A stretch of 64,000 bases of DNA from assembly GCA_963828255.1 (NCBI GenBank), contig CAWHDZ010000017.1:32001-96000 (forward strand), written 5' to 3'. Source of the stretch: an uncultured delta proteobacterium (GTDB taxonomy: Bacteria; Myxococcota; Myxococcia; Myxococcales; Anaeromyxobacteraceae). The notes under the pieces are model-generated. The model had not been told where the DNA came from, ran no database searches, and worked only from the letters and a program-made list of their open reading frames with translations. Positions within the stretch are counted from its first letter, which is position 1. Every line of letters begins with the position of its first letter. The position numbers and the translations under genes were made by a program. Of the stretch, positions 17,277-28,659 are shown in pieces.

Positions 17277-19256
17277 TTACCCTGCCGGCACCTCGAGAAA
17301 GACGTATTCGTGCTGGGCGTCGCGAACGAGGAGGGCCCGCTTCCCGTCGCGCTCGGCCACCACGAACTCGAATCCCTCCCGGCAGGGCTCCACGGTCAGG
17401 AACGACGTGGTTCCGTCGTCGTTCTTCCGCGAGGCCACCTTGCTCCGCCACTCGCCCATGTCGAACGTCACTTCCGCTCCGCTGCGGAGCACGTTCACCG
17501 AGCCCAGCGCCTGGCTCCGGTACCCGGGTGCGAGCCTTGCCACCTCGGCGGCGTCGGGCGGTATGACAAGACGCTTCCGTGCCTCGGCGATGGCGGCCTT
17601 CCGCTGCTTCGCGGTCGCGGCGAGGTCGGCGACCGCCTCGGGCTTCCCGTCGAAGAGCACCTCCAGGATCCGGCGCAGGAACGGTCCGCGCAGGCGGTAG
17701 CCAGCGTCCGAGTTGGTCAGGATGACGGCGCCCACGCCGTTCTCGGGGAGCCAGATCATGTCGCTGTGGTACCCGAACATGTCGCCCCCGTGGTGGACGA
17801 CGGGGGTCCCCCAGCGGCGGTTCACCGTGAGTCCCATTCCGTAGCTCACATCCTCGCCTTCCGCGACCTGCGGCTTGCGGCGCTCGAGCAGATTCTCCTC
17901 CGACACGAGCCGCTTGCCGTCCGGGAGCATCCCGTTGGCGAGCTCCATCTGGACATAGCGGGTGAGCTCCCGCGCACTCGTCCAGACACCCCCTGCTGGC
18001 CTGATCGGAACCACCGAGTAGTTGAGCCCCACCGGCGCCGGAAGGGTTCGGCCGTCGACGTCTTCCCCGTGGGGAGACGCGTGGTTTCCGCGGAGCGCCT
18101 GGGCGAAGTCGAAGGTGGACGTCTTCATGCCCAGCGGAGCCAGAAGCTTCTCCCGCATGGCCCGGTCGAACGCCGCGCCGAGCTCGGCCTTCGGGTCGGA
18201 GAGGTGTCCGCCGATGAACCCAGCCGCCGCTGCCATGAGGTTGCTGTACTGGAAGACCTCGCCGAACTTGCTCGTGGGCTGCATGGTGCCGAGCAGTCGC
18301 ATCGTGGACTCGGGCGTCTCGCGGTCGTATTCGAAGAGCCACTCCAGATCCTGCCGGGGCATCCCGGTGCAGGCGCAGACGAGGTGCTTCACGAGCACCT
18401 GCTGTGTGGTCTCGGCGTCCCCGAGCTTGAAGCCGGGGTAGAGCTGCGTCACCGGCTGGTCCCACCCCAGCTTCCCCTCGTCCGCCAGCTTCGCGAGCAG
18501 CAGGGTCACGAGCGCCTTGGTGTTGGAGGCGGCGGGGAAGAGCGTGTCGGCGTCGACCTTGCCCGGCTTCCCCAGTTCCTTCACGCCCAGGCCGCCCACG
18601 TGGACCACCTTCCCGTCCTGGACGAGGCTGAAGGAGAGCCCCGGCACGTCGAGCTGGCGCATCCCGTCCTCGAGGAACCGGCGCACCTGGGCGACGCGCG
18701 CGGCGTCGAGCTTGTGGGCCTTCCTTCCGGCGAAGGTCTCCCGCACGTATCCCTTGGGCCGCAGGCTCGACCAGCCGAGGCTGAAGGGCGAGTTGCGCTT
18801 CTCCCAGGTCGGATCGGTAGCCTCGACGATAGCCACCGTCCAAGTTCCTCCGGCCCGTCGAGCCAGCGCGAACACGGTCATGCGCTCGTTGGGAGAGGTC
18901 TCGTAGTTCACGACGAGAACTTCCTCCCAACCGTCCTTGGGGGCGCGGGGCGTGGAGAGCTTCACCGGCCACTTCGCGTCCGGACGGTAGGCGGCCCACG
19001 CGGCGGCCGCTGCGGCCTCGCCGGTCGGAGCCACGACGTCCACGAACGCCAGATGCGAATCTCCCTCCGGCGGGTCCACCACGACCACGTTCCCGCGACG
19101 GGTGACGGACCATCCGGCCGGCGCGGTGAAGGTCGCGCCGGCCGAGGTGGCCATCGGGGTGTCGGCGGCGAGCCGGTCGGGCGCGGCGCCGTGGGTCGAT
19201 CGGGCCGGGACGGCGACGAGGAACGCGAGCGCTGCCAGGACGACGGTCCGGTTCAC
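17277..19256 (-). CDS. Secreted serine hydrolase, beta-lactamase/AmpC-like family
   Basis: SNTK (SxxK), FQYSN, PAGGVWTS, HGG motifs; signal peptide from GTG 19256. Confidence 0.85.
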   Translation of the reverse strand: MNRTVVLAALAFLVAVPARSTHGAAPDRLAADTPMATSAGATFTAPAGWSVTRRGNVVVVDPPEGDSHLAFVDVVAPTGEAAAAAAWAAYRPDAKWPVKLSTPRAPKDGWEEVLVVNYETSPNERMTVFALARRAGGTWTVAIVEATDPTWEKRNSPFSLGWSSLRPKGYVRETFAGRKAHKLDAARVAQVRRFLEDGMRQLDVPGLSFSLVQDGKVVHVGGLGVKELGKPGKVDADTLFPAASNTKALVTLLLAKLADEGKLGWDQPVTQLYPGFKLGDAETTQQVLVKHLVCACTGMPRQDLEWLFEYDRETPESTMRLLGTMQPTSKFGEVFQYSNLMAAAAGFIGGHLSDPKAELGAAFDRAMREKLLAPLGMKTSTFDFAQALRGNHASPHGEDVDGRTLPAPVGLNYSVVPIRPAGGVWTSARELTRYVQMELANGMLPDGKRLVSEENLLERRKPQVAEGEDVSYGMGLTVNRRWGTPVVHHGGDMFGYHSDMIWLPENGVGAVILTNSDAGYRLRGPFLRRILEVLFDGKPEAVADLAATAKQRKAAIAEARKRLVIPPDAAEVARLAPGYRSQALGSVNVLRSGAEVTFDMGEWRSKVASRKNDDGTTSFLTVEPCREGFEFVVAERDGKRALLVRDAQHEYVFLEVPAG

Positions 19257-19604
19257 GGGATTCCCCTTCGTGCTGCGGGTACGCTGCAACCGCTCCGGTG
19301 GTCCGGGACAAGGGGTGTGCGCGCAGGGGAGCGTCGATGGACCCGGAGTGAAGACCGGGCCGGGACATCCTGCTCCACCGGGTACTCGGATGGCGAGCAC
19401 CCCCGTTGGGGCGTCCCCTCGTCCCGGAAGTACCGCAGCATGGGTGCGCCGGAAGCCCGATGACGGCCGCCGACGTTCCTGGTCGCCGAGTGTGAATCGG
19501 GATCGACCGCCGAGGTGGCATCAGGGTTCGAAGGCGTAACCCCGCGATCAGACCTGCCCCGCCCCGCCGCCCGAGAGGTCGACAGGCAGGTGTCGGGCGG
19601 GCGC

Positions 19605-19658
19605 CAGAAGGCCAATCCCACACTCCCTACCATCATGGGGTGTGGGATCGGCCTTCTG
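19605..19658. repeat. 19-bp inverted repeat (1 mismatch, 16-nt loop), candidate oriT/origin hairpin
   Basis: CAGAAGGCCAATCCCACAC ... GTGTGGGATCGGCCTTCTG. Confidence 0.6.
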
Positions 19659-19960
19659 TCACCTTGAGTGATTCAAAGGACAGAGGGGCGGCGGGGCAGG
19701 GCAAGTCGGAGCAGGGGAGGGATCGGAGTCCAAGTCGGTCCAGCAGGGAGCGAAAGTTGGAGTTTGGGATGGAGGAGGCCAGGGGGAGATGGAGCGGGCG
19801 GGGGTATGAGTTCCAGGCCATCGGTCTCGTTCGGATTGCGGTCACGGACAGTGAGAGGGGCGTGGAGGAGTGCGAAGAGGCGAGCACCGAGGTCTTGCCG
19901 GGAAGCGCTTCGGGAGCGCGGGTGGAGGGGAGCAAGACTGGAACCGGTGAGCATTTCCTC

Positions 19961-19990
19961 TTGACAGGTCGTACCGCGGATGTAATACGT
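19961..19990 (+). promoter_or_regulatory. Candidate sigma70 promoter for the element core operon
   Basis: Perfect TTGACA then an AT-rich TGTAATACGT; overlapped by a CGTAC...GTACG inverted repeat; -10 imperfect. Confidence 0.4.
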
Positions 19991-20001
19991 ACGGCAGCCC
20001 G

Positions 20002-20343
20002 ATGCCTGCCAAGCTCAAGACCCCCGAAGTCGACGCCTTCTCGAGCACCGAGAAGATCATGCAGACCTTCCGCATGCCGCGGGAACTCGTCACCTTCCTG
20101 AAGGAGGAGGCGACCGCCCGCGGCTCCGACCTCACCGGGCACGTGATCCGGCACCTGGACGGGCTCCGCACTTGGTTCGGCCTACCGGGAGCGGCCACGG
20201 CGCTCCTCGAGGCCGATCGCCAGGCGCTCAGAATGGGCCGCTACGAGTACCTGCTCCACCTGCTCTTCCAGCGCAGCCTGGAACTCCGCGAGAAGGGACC
20301 GGGCTTCGAGGCGCCGACCACCGGAGGGACGCGCCGCAGGTAG
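20002..20343 (+). CDS. Small putative DNA-binding protein (ribbon-helix-helix-like)
   Basis: MQTFRMPRELVTFLKEEA beta-alpha pattern; first gene of the rep-xis-int run. Confidence 0.55.
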   Translation: MPAKLKTPEVDAFSSTEKIMQTFRMPRELVTFLKEEATARGSDLTGHVIRHLDGLRTWFGLPGAATALLEADRQALRMGRYEYLLHLLFQRSLELREKGPGFEAPTTGGTRRR

Positions 20344-20355
20344 CGGCGCGCCTCG

Positions 20356-21534
20356 GTGATGCCGGGCCCGGCAGGCTACGTCCGCACGGTTCGGGACGAC
20401 CGGCTCCTCGCCTACCTCGGGATCGCGCGCTACGCCTCTGCCGAGCAGATCCACCGGCTCTTCTTCGACGGCGCCAGCAAGAAGCAGACGTATCGCCGGC
20501 TCGGGAAGCTCTGCGAGCCGGGCGGACAACCGGGGGAGGGGCCCTGCCTTCGCAGGCTCGCCTACAGGCGCCGGGACGGGCTGGAAGTGCCCGTCTGGGC
20601 CCTGGCGCCGTTCGGGCGGTCCATCGCCTCACGGCAAGTGCCCTGGCTTCGGCCACCGGCCGCGACGGACATCGGGGCCAGGTTCCTGGAGCACACCCTC
20701 GTCCTCAACGACGCGCTCGTGGGGATCGTCCTGCCGCTGCGTGCGAATTCGGCGGCGCCGATGCACGACCTCCCGTTCCGCTGGCTCAGCGAGGACGACG
20801 ACTCGCTCGGCTTCCAGGTGCTCCACCCGCGGACCGGTCGATGGCTTCAGTCGGTGCTCAAGCCCGACGCCATCATGACCATCCCGGCCCGGCGGCGGCG
20901 GCTCTTCATCGAGGCGGAGACGGGAAGCCAGTCGATCGCGACGGCGCACCCCGACCGAACGGGCGCCGTGCTCTCGAAGCTCGATCGTTACCGGACTTAC
21001 CTCACCGACAAGGCATCCGACGGGTACGGCACCTGGTACCGGTCCGCCTTCCCCGACGATCACGAAGCCCGCCTCGTCTTCCTCGTTCACTCGGACGAGC
21101 GGCGGAAGAAGGTCGAGCGGGCGGTGAAGGAGCGGCTCGGCATGCTGCCGCCGAGTCAGTTTCGCGTGCTCGTCATGACCTTCGCCGAGGCCCCGAGCCT
21201 GCTCGTGCGCTACGTGCGGGAGGGTGTGGCGGAGCCGGCCAGGCCTCGCCGGGAGCGGGTGGTCCGGGTGGACGAAGCGGTGCTCGAAGAGGCGCGCAAC
21301 GGCTACAACGCGCTCACCGACGCCCTGAGGGCCTGCCGTCAGGTCATCACCGACCACAACCAGCGAGGCGGACCGCAGCTGCAACTCCCGTCCGTTACCG
21401 GCGCCGCCATCAAGGGCCTCCGGGGCTTCGTGATGACGGTCCAGGCTGCAGAGGTGGCACCGGACGAGCCCTCGCCGAGAAATGCGTCGGCGCAACCTCC
21501 CCCAGCGTCATCGGCGCCGTGGGCAAGCCGATAG
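20356..21534 (+). CDS. Replication-relaxation family protein (Replic_Relax)
   Basis: N-terminal wHTH (ASAEQIHRLFF..TYRRLGKL), LEHTLVLND, LKPDA, LFIEAETGS, SKLDRY. Confidence 0.75.
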   Translation: MMPGPAGYVRTVRDDRLLAYLGIARYASAEQIHRLFFDGASKKQTYRRLGKLCEPGGQPGEGPCLRRLAYRRRDGLEVPVWALAPFGRSIASRQVPWLRPPAATDIGARFLEHTLVLNDALVGIVLPLRANSAAPMHDLPFRWLSEDDDSLGFQVLHPRTGRWLQSVLKPDAIMTIPARRRRLFIEAETGSQSIATAHPDRTGAVLSKLDRYRTYLTDKASDGYGTWYRSAFPDDHEARLVFLVHSDERRKKVERAVKERLGMLPPSQFRVLVMTFAEAPSLLVRYVREGVAEPARPRRERVVRVDEAVLEEARNGYNALTDALRACRQVITDHNQRGGPQLQLPSVTGAAIKGLRGFVMTVQAAEVAPDEPSPRNASAQPPPASSAPWASR

Positions 21535-21546
21535 GCGGAGCGAACC

Positions 21547-21891
21547 ATGGACGAGACGAATCGCGACCAGGCGACGTTCGGATGGGCTGGCCAGGCCCCC
21601 GGGAAGGGCCCTCGGAGGCCCGCGCGCGCGTCGCCCGGCGTCGCCCCGGGTCTTCCGGCCTCCAGGGCCGCCAGCGAGCCGCCAAGTCAGTCCGCGCTGC
21701 CACCCGACAACGAGCTCTGGGACGTCCACGCGGCCGCGCGCTTCCTGAAGCGCAGCGTCAGCTGGGTCTACCACAAGGCCGAGGACGGGACGCTTCCGGT
21801 CCGGCGGCTCGGCGGCTGGGGCATCCGGTTTATACCCGGTGAGCTCCGCGCCTGGGTCGAGTCGGGCGGCGCGCGTCGGTCCGGTCGGTAG
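21547..21891 (+). CDS. Excisionase-like HTH protein
   Basis: LWDVHAAARFLKRSVSWVYHKAEDGTLPVRRLG..IRF; immediately upstream of int; true start may lie downstream. Confidence 0.75.
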   Translation: MDETNRDQATFGWAGQAPGKGPRRPARASPGVAPGLPASRAASEPPSQSALPPDNELWDVHAAARFLKRSVSWVYHKAEDGTLPVRRLGGWGIRFIPGELRAWVESGGARRSGR

Positions 21892-21926
21892 AATCGAGGA
21901 CGGACGGAGCACGCGGAGGTTCGAGA

Positions 21927-23181
<1,255 letters not shown>

Positions 23182-23195
23182 AAATCAACGATGCT

Positions 23196-23267
23196 TGGGC
23201 GGAGCAGGTTTCGAACCTGCGACCCTCGCCTTGTAAGGGCGACGCTCTACCCCTGAGCTATCCGCCC
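23196..23267 (-). tRNA. tRNA-Val(TAC), CCA not encoded
   Basis: GGGCGGATAGCTCAG...TCGCCCT TAC AAGGCGA...GGTTCGAAACC...TCCGCCCA. Confidence 0.95.
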
Positions 23268-23289
23268 CCGAGGCGGTGGAGCGGTCGGG

Positions 23290-23318
23290 GTTCTAGCTTG
23301 GCAGGATGCCGGTGTCAA
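23290..23318 (-). promoter_or_regulatory. Sigma70-type promoter of the tRNA-Val/tRNA-Asp operon
   Basis: TTGACA-N17-TAGAAC on the minus strand, 22 bp upstream of tRNA-Val. Confidence 0.6.
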
Positions 23319-23405
23319 TGATCGGCGGACGACCCAAGCGCCCGGTCCTTCCGGGGATTAAATGAATGGTTTCGCGCCGTACGAAGGGGTAGAGGACCGC
23401 TGGGA

Positions 23406-26099
23406 ATGAGCTGGAAGAAGGGGCAGAAGCTCGTCCACCGGGCCCAGCCCGCGTGGGGCGTGGGCATCGTGCTGGAGGTGGGCGAGGACGCCCGCCGCCT
23501 CGCCGTGCGCTTCGCCGGCCGCGAGGGGGTGACGGTGGTCTCCGGGCGGGACAAGGCCCTCATCGCCGTCCCCGACGAGACTCCGCTCGATCAGCCGGCC
23601 GGCGGCCTCCTCGACCGGCTCACCTCGGGCGACGCCGGCCCCGCCAGCGCCTTCGCGCTGCGAACCCGCGTCGTCCGGCTCGAGGCCATGCGCCGCGCCG
23701 ACAGCCTGGGCGCGCTCCTCTCCTCCCGCGTCCACGTCCTGCCGCACCAGGTCGGCGCCGCCGGCCGCATCCTCGCCGACCGGACCCCGCGCTTCGTTCT
23801 GGCCGACGAGGTCGGTCTCGGCAAGACCATCGAGGCCGGCCTGGTCTACGCCGGCCTGCGCCAGCTCGGCCTCGCCGACCGGGTGCTGGTCGTCGTGCCC
23901 GAGCACCTCGCCTTCCAGTGGATGGCCGAGCTCTTCCACAAGTTCAACGCGCTCTTCACGCTCCTCTCCCCCGACCGCGTCGTCGCGCTGGGCGGCCCGG
24001 AGGCCGCGCTCGCGCAGTCGAAGCTCGCCATCCTCTCCCAGGAGCAGCTCGCCTCGGACCCGGCCGTCGCCGCCGCGGCCGCCGCGCTGGCCTTCGACCT
24101 CGTCATCGTGGACGAGGCCCACCACCTGGCCGATGACCGGCTCTTCGAGGCGGTGGCGCCGCTGGCCCGTTCCTCCTTCGGCCTGCTGCTGCTCACCGCC
24201 ACGCCGGTCCGGCTCGATCCGCGCGAGTACTTCCGCCTGCTCTCCCTCGTCGAGACCGTGCCCACCACCACGCTCGAGGACTTCCTGGCCCGGCTCGAGT
24301 CGCACGAGGCCTACGCCGCGGTGGCCCGCGACCTGCTCGCGGGCGGCAAGGTCGAGGACGGGCTCTCCCGGCTGCGAAAGCTCTCCCCCGACGATGAGGC
24401 CTTCGTCGCCCCGGCCGGCAAGAAGAAGGGGCCGTCGCGGGCCGCGCTCCTCGAGCACCTGGCCAGCCGTTACGGCCTCTCCTCGCGCCTCGTCCGGAAC
24501 CGGCGCGTCAAGGTGGGAGCGTTCACCCGGCGTGTGCTGCGTCGCCAGGACGTTCCGGAGGGCGGCAAGATCGAGGCGGCCGCGGCGCTGTGCGGCCGGC
24601 TGGCCCGCGACGGGGAGAAGGTCCTGGTCTTCGGCGGCGACCTGGACCGGCTGCGGGAGCTCCAGGCACGCATCGCCTCGGCGGAGAAGCTCGAGGCCCT
24701 CCTCTACGACGACGCGCCCAGCCTGGAGGCCCGCGACCGGCTGGTGGCCCGCTTCCGCGATCGGGAGGGGCCCATGCTGCTCCTCTCCGGCGAGTCGGGC
24801 GGCGAGGGGCGCAACTTCCAGTTCGCCTCGCACCTCATCTGCCTCGATCTTCCCGACTCCCCGCTCACGCTCGAGCAGCGCATCGGCCGGCTCGACCGGC
24901 TGGGCCAGGCGCGCCCGGTCGAGATCCACGTCCTGCCCGAGCCCGGGGAGGAGGCCTTCCTGGCCGACCTCTACGAGAAGGAGATCGGCATCTTCGACGA
25001 GCCGGTGGGCGGCCTCGACGCCGTGCTGGCCTCGGTGCCGGAGGAACTCACGGCCTTGCGGACCCGGCGCACCGAGAAGGCGCGGCAGGCCTTCAGGAAG
25101 GGGATCGCGGCGCGCGTCGCCGAGGGGCGGCGCGCCCAGCACGAGGGGTACGACCCCCTGCTCGACGTGCGTTCGGCGTCGATCCCGGAGCTGACCGCGC
25201 TGGTCTCGGCTGCCTTCGCGCGGATGGGCGAGGATCCTCCCGAGGACGGGGAGGAGATCGGCGCCTCGCTCTCGACCCTCTCCCGCTGGCTGGAGGAGGA
25301 GCTGGAGGAGCTGGTCGTCGAGGCCGGGCGTCGCGTGGGCATGGACGTGGACACCGACGAGAACGTCCACCCCTTCGAGTCGGCCTTCACCTTCGGGTCC
25401 AGCATGCGCATCGAGGCCCTGCCCGGCATGGAGATGCCGGAGGAGGAGCGCACCCTGCTGGGCAGCTTCTGGCGCGAGACCGCGGTGGTCCGCGAGGAGC
25501 TGGAGTGGTTCGCCACCGGCCACCGGCTCGCCGAGGCGCTGCTCGAGCTGGCCCGCGACGGCGAGGCGGGCCGCACGGCATTCCTGCAGTCCCGCGCCGC
25601 CCCCCGCAGCGGCGGCCTCTACCTGCGCTGGAAGCTTCGCTGGTCGTCGCCGGCCGACCTGGCGCCGGGCGCGCGGGTCCCCTCCCGGCAGGCTTCGCGC
25701 TACCTCGACGAGTCGCCGCTGTCGGTGCTCGTGGACATGGGCGGCGCCCACGCCATCGTCGATGGCGGGGCCGGACGGCTCGAGGAGTCGATCGACCGGG
25801 CCCGCGACGCCAAGGGCGCGCCCCCGCCCGGTGACGTCCTCGGGCCGGCCGCGGAGGCGGCGGAGGAGGCCGCGCGCGCCGAGCTGTCCCGCCGCGTTGC
25901 ACGCGCGGTGAAGAAGCTGGCTTCCCATGCCGAGGCCGAGGAGGAGCGGCTGGTCTCGGCCGCGCTGCAGGGCGGCGCGTCCCGGCAGTCCGTGGAGCGT
26001 GCGCTCGTCGCGGTGCTCCTGCACCGGGAGCTGGTCGAGGAGGCGCTCGGCAAGGTGGCCCTCGAGCTCGACGCCGCCGCGGTGGTCCTCCCGGGGTAG
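23406..26099 (+). CDS. rapA: RNA polymerase-associated SNF2-family ATPase RapA/HepA-like
   Basis: LPHQ, LADEVGLGKTIEAG, DEAHH, LLLTATP, GGEGRNFQFA, EQRIGRLDRLGQ. Confidence 0.85.
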   Translation: MSWKKGQKLVHRAQPAWGVGIVLEVGEDARRLAVRFAGREGVTVVSGRDKALIAVPDETPLDQPAGGLLDRLTSGDAGPASAFALRTRVVRLEAMRRADSLGALLSSRVHVLPHQVGAAGRILADRTPRFVLADEVGLGKTIEAGLVYAGLRQLGLADRVLVVVPEHLAFQWMAELFHKFNALFTLLSPDRVVALGGPEAALAQSKLAILSQEQLASDPAVAAAAAALAFDLVIVDEAHHLADDRLFEAVAPLARSSFGLLLLTATPVRLDPREYFRLLSLVETVPTTTLEDFLARLESHEAYAAVARDLLAGGKVEDGLSRLRKLSPDDEAFVAPAGKKKGPSRAALLEHLASRYGLSSRLVRNRRVKVGAFTRRVLRRQDVPEGGKIEAAAALCGRLARDGEKVLVFGGDLDRLRELQARIASAEKLEALLYDDAPSLEARDRLVARFRDREGPMLLLSGESGGEGRNFQFASHLICLDLPDSPLTLEQRIGRLDRLGQARPVEIHVLPEPGEEAFLADLYEKEIGIFDEPVGGLDAVLASVPEELTALRTRRTEKARQAFRKGIAARVAEGRRAQHEGYDPLLDVRSASIPELTALVSAAFARMGEDPPEDGEEIGASLSTLSRWLEEELEELVVEAGRRVGMDVDTDENVHPFESAFTFGSSMRIEALPGMEMPEEERTLLGSFWRETAVVREELEWFATGHRLAEALLELARDGEAGRTAFLQSRAAPRSGGLYLRWKLRWSSPADLAPGARVPSRQASRYLDESPLSVLVDMGGAHAIVDGGAGRLEESIDRARDAKGAPPPGDVLGPAAEAAEEAARAELSRRVARAVKKLASHAEAEEERLVSAALQGGASRQSVERALVAVLLHRELVEEALGKVALELDAAAVVLPG

Positions 26100-26109
26100 G
26101 TTGCCCGCC

Positions 26110-27516
26110 ATGCCGACGCCGCCCCGCGCCTACCTTCCCGATCTCCTCGTCGCCGGAGGAAGGGTGCACGAGGGGGCAGCCCTGTCGGTGTCCGGCGGCG
26201 CCGTGGTCGCGGTGGGGGAGCCCGCTCCGGGCTTCGCGCCGGTGCGCCTCCCCGGCAAGGCCCTCCTCCCTGGCCTGGTCTCGGCCCACGGCCACTCCTT
26301 CCAGCGGGCCATCCGGGGACGCACCCAGGTGAGACACGCCGGCCGGAGCGACTTCTGGTCGTGGCGCAAGGCCATGTACCGCGCCGCCACCCGGCTCGAT
26401 CCGGAGGACGTGTACGCGGTGGCCCGCATGGCCTTCCACGAGGCGGCGCGCGCCGGGATCACGGCGGTGGGCGAGTTTCACTACCTGTCACGAGATCCGG
26501 CGGGGCGGCGCTACGACGACTCCGAGCTGCTGGCCCGCCAGGTGATCCGCGCGGCCCGTGAGGTGGGGTTGCGCATCGTGCTCCTGCGAACCGGCTACGC
26601 CCGCGGCGGGGCGGGGATCGCCGCCGCGCCGGAGCAACTCCGCTTCGTGGACGGGTCGCCGGACGAGGTGGTGGAGAGCGCCATCCGCCTCTCCGCCCTC
26701 TCCGGGCGCGACCCGGCCGTCACCGTCGGCCTGGCCCCCCACAGCGTCCGGGCCTGCCCGGCGGAGTGGATCGGGACACTGGCCTCGGAGGCCCGCCGCC
26801 GCGGCTGGCCGCTCCACGTCCACGTCGCCGAGCAGCCGGCCGAGGTGGAGCAGTGCCGCGCCGAGCACGGCCTCACCCCGGTGGAGCTGCTCGGGAACCT
26901 TGGCGCCCTCGGCCCGGGAACCACTGCGGTCCACGCCATCCACCTCACCCCCGCCGACGTGGAGGCGCTGGGGCGCAGCGGGACCACGGTCTGCGCCTGC
27001 CCCACCACCGAGCGCGACCTGGGCGACGGGGTGGTCCCCGCCGACGCGTTGCTGCGGGCCGGCGCCGGGATCGCGCTGGGCACCGACTCGTTCGTGCAGG
27101 TGGACCTCCTCGAGGAGGCCCGGGCGCTGGAGGGCAACCTGCGCCTGTTTCACCGGGAGCGTGGGTTGCTCGCGACCGCAGGAGGAGACGGGCGGATCGA
27201 CGCGCTCGCCGCCCGGCTGTACGGGTTCGCCTCGGCGGGAGGGATGCGCTCGCTCGCCCTTCCGGGCGGGACGCTGGCGACGGGCGAGCCGGCCGACTTC
27301 GTGGCCCTCGACCTCGGCGACCCGTCGATCGCCGGCGCCTCCGCGGAGGCCCTCCTGCCGACCGTCCTCTTCTCCGCGGCCCGCACCGCGGTGATGGACG
27401 TCGTGGTGGCGGGGGAGCCGGTGATCCTCGAGGGCGCCCCGCCGGCCGGGCGACCCTCGACGTCCGAGGTGGTGTCGGATTTCCAGCGCACCATGAAGAA
27501 GCTGTGGGGAGGATGA
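26110..27516 (+). CDS. hutF: Formimidoylglutamate deiminase
   Basis: AHGHSFQRA, DFWSWR, GEFHY, APHSVRA, HVHVAEQ, CPTTERDLGDG, GTDS. Confidence 0.88.
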   Translation: MPTPPRAYLPDLLVAGGRVHEGAALSVSGGAVVAVGEPAPGFAPVRLPGKALLPGLVSAHGHSFQRAIRGRTQVRHAGRSDFWSWRKAMYRAATRLDPEDVYAVARMAFHEAARAGITAVGEFHYLSRDPAGRRYDDSELLARQVIRAAREVGLRIVLLRTGYARGGAGIAAAPEQLRFVDGSPDEVVESAIRLSALSGRDPAVTVGLAPHSVRACPAEWIGTLASEARRRGWPLHVHVAEQPAEVEQCRAEHGLTPVELLGNLGALGPGTTAVHAIHLTPADVEALGRSGTTVCACPTTERDLGDGVVPADALLRAGAGIALGTDSFVQVDLLEEARALEGNLRLFHRERGLLATAGGDGRIDALAARLYGFASAGGMRSLALPGGTLATGEPADFVALDLGDPSIAGASAEALLPTVLFSAARTAVMDVVVAGEPVILEGAPPAGRPSTSEVVSDFQRTMKKLWGG

Positions 27517-27517
27517 G

Positions 27518-28636
27518 ATGGACATCGTGGAAACGCTGCAGCAGCTCGTCGCCATCGACTCGACCTCGTCGCGGACGAACCTCCCGGTCCTCGACTGGCT
27601 CGAGCCGCGCGTCCGGCACCTGGGCTTCGAGACCCGCCGGATGACCTGGCTCGATGCGGAAGGCGTCGAGAAGGGCAACCTCATCGGCCGGCTCGGCCCC
27701 GACGAGCCGGGGGGGCTGGCGCTCGTCGGGCACACCGACTGCGTCCCGTTCGACCCCGACTGGGGCGAGGCCCTCTCCGGCACGGTGCGCGACGGAAAGC
27801 TCTTCGGCCGAGGATTGGCCGACACCAAGGGCTCCATCGCGGCCATGCTCCTGGCTGCATCCCGCGTCCGCCCGGCCCGCGCCCCGCTCTGGCTCCTCTT
27901 CACGGCCGACGAGGAGGTGGGGTGCCAGGGAGCCAAGGCGCTCGCGCACGAGGGGCGGATCCGCCCGGCCAGGGCCATCATCGGCGAGCCCACCCGGCTC
28001 GTCCCGGTGCGCGCCCACAAGGGCTACTGCGCGGTGGACGTGACCGTCACGGGGGTCGAGGGGCACAGCGCCTTCCCGGACGTGGGGGCCTCGGCCATCC
28101 ACGCGGCGGTGCGGCTCGTCACCGAGATCGAGCGCATCCAGGCCCGGCTCGCCGCCGAGCACTCCGACCCGGTCTTCTCACCCCCGCACACCACCTTCAA
28201 CGTGGGGATCATCCGAGGCGGCAAGGCCCGCAACGTGCTCGCCGGGGAGTGCTTCTTCACGCTGGAGTGGCGGCCCCTGCCGGCCCAGCCGCCCGAGAAG
28301 GCGCTCGAGATGGTGGACGCCGCGGCCCGCGCGCTCGAGGAGGCGGGCCGGGGCAAGCTCCAGATCACCCGCACGCCGCTGCGGGTCGATCCGGCCGGCG
28401 TGACCTCCCCCGACGCCGAGGTGGTTCGCTTCCTCGAGGGCGAGAGCGGGAACGGCAGCACCGCCATCCCCTTCGGGACCGAGCTTCCCGAGCTCATCCA
28501 CCTGGGCGCGGAGGCCTGCGTGTTCGGTCCGGGCGACATCCGGGTGGCCCACCGCACCGGCGAGTTCGTCCCGCTTCCCGAGTTGCACCAGGCCGCAGAG
28601 ATCTACGGCCGGGCCATCGCCCGTTTCTGCGCCTGA
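27518..28636 (+). CDS. argE: Acetylornithine deacetylase (M20 family)
   Basis: GHTDCVP, GRGLADTKG, ADEEVGC, IIGEPT, AHKG, GPGDIRVAH. Confidence 0.85.
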   Translation: MDIVETLQQLVAIDSTSSRTNLPVLDWLEPRVRHLGFETRRMTWLDAEGVEKGNLIGRLGPDEPGGLALVGHTDCVPFDPDWGEALSGTVRDGKLFGRGLADTKGSIAAMLLAASRVRPARAPLWLLFTADEEVGCQGAKALAHEGRIRPARAIIGEPTRLVPVRAHKGYCAVDVTVTGVEGHSAFPDVGASAIHAAVRLVTEIERIQARLAAEHSDPVFSPPHTTFNVGIIRGGKARNVLAGECFFTLEWRPLPAQPPEKALEMVDAAARALEEAGRGKLQITRTPLRVDPAGVTSPDAEVVRFLEGESGNGSTAIPFGTELPELIHLGAEACVFGPGDIRVAHRTGEFVPLPELHQAAEIYGRAIARFCA

Positions 28637-28659
28637 GCCGATCGGCTAGGATTCCCTTC

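Noticed and set aside
17277..19256. Antibiotic-resistance beta-lactamase
   Set aside because: Motifs fit the broad serine hydrolase/peptidase family; no evidence for beta-lactam specificity.
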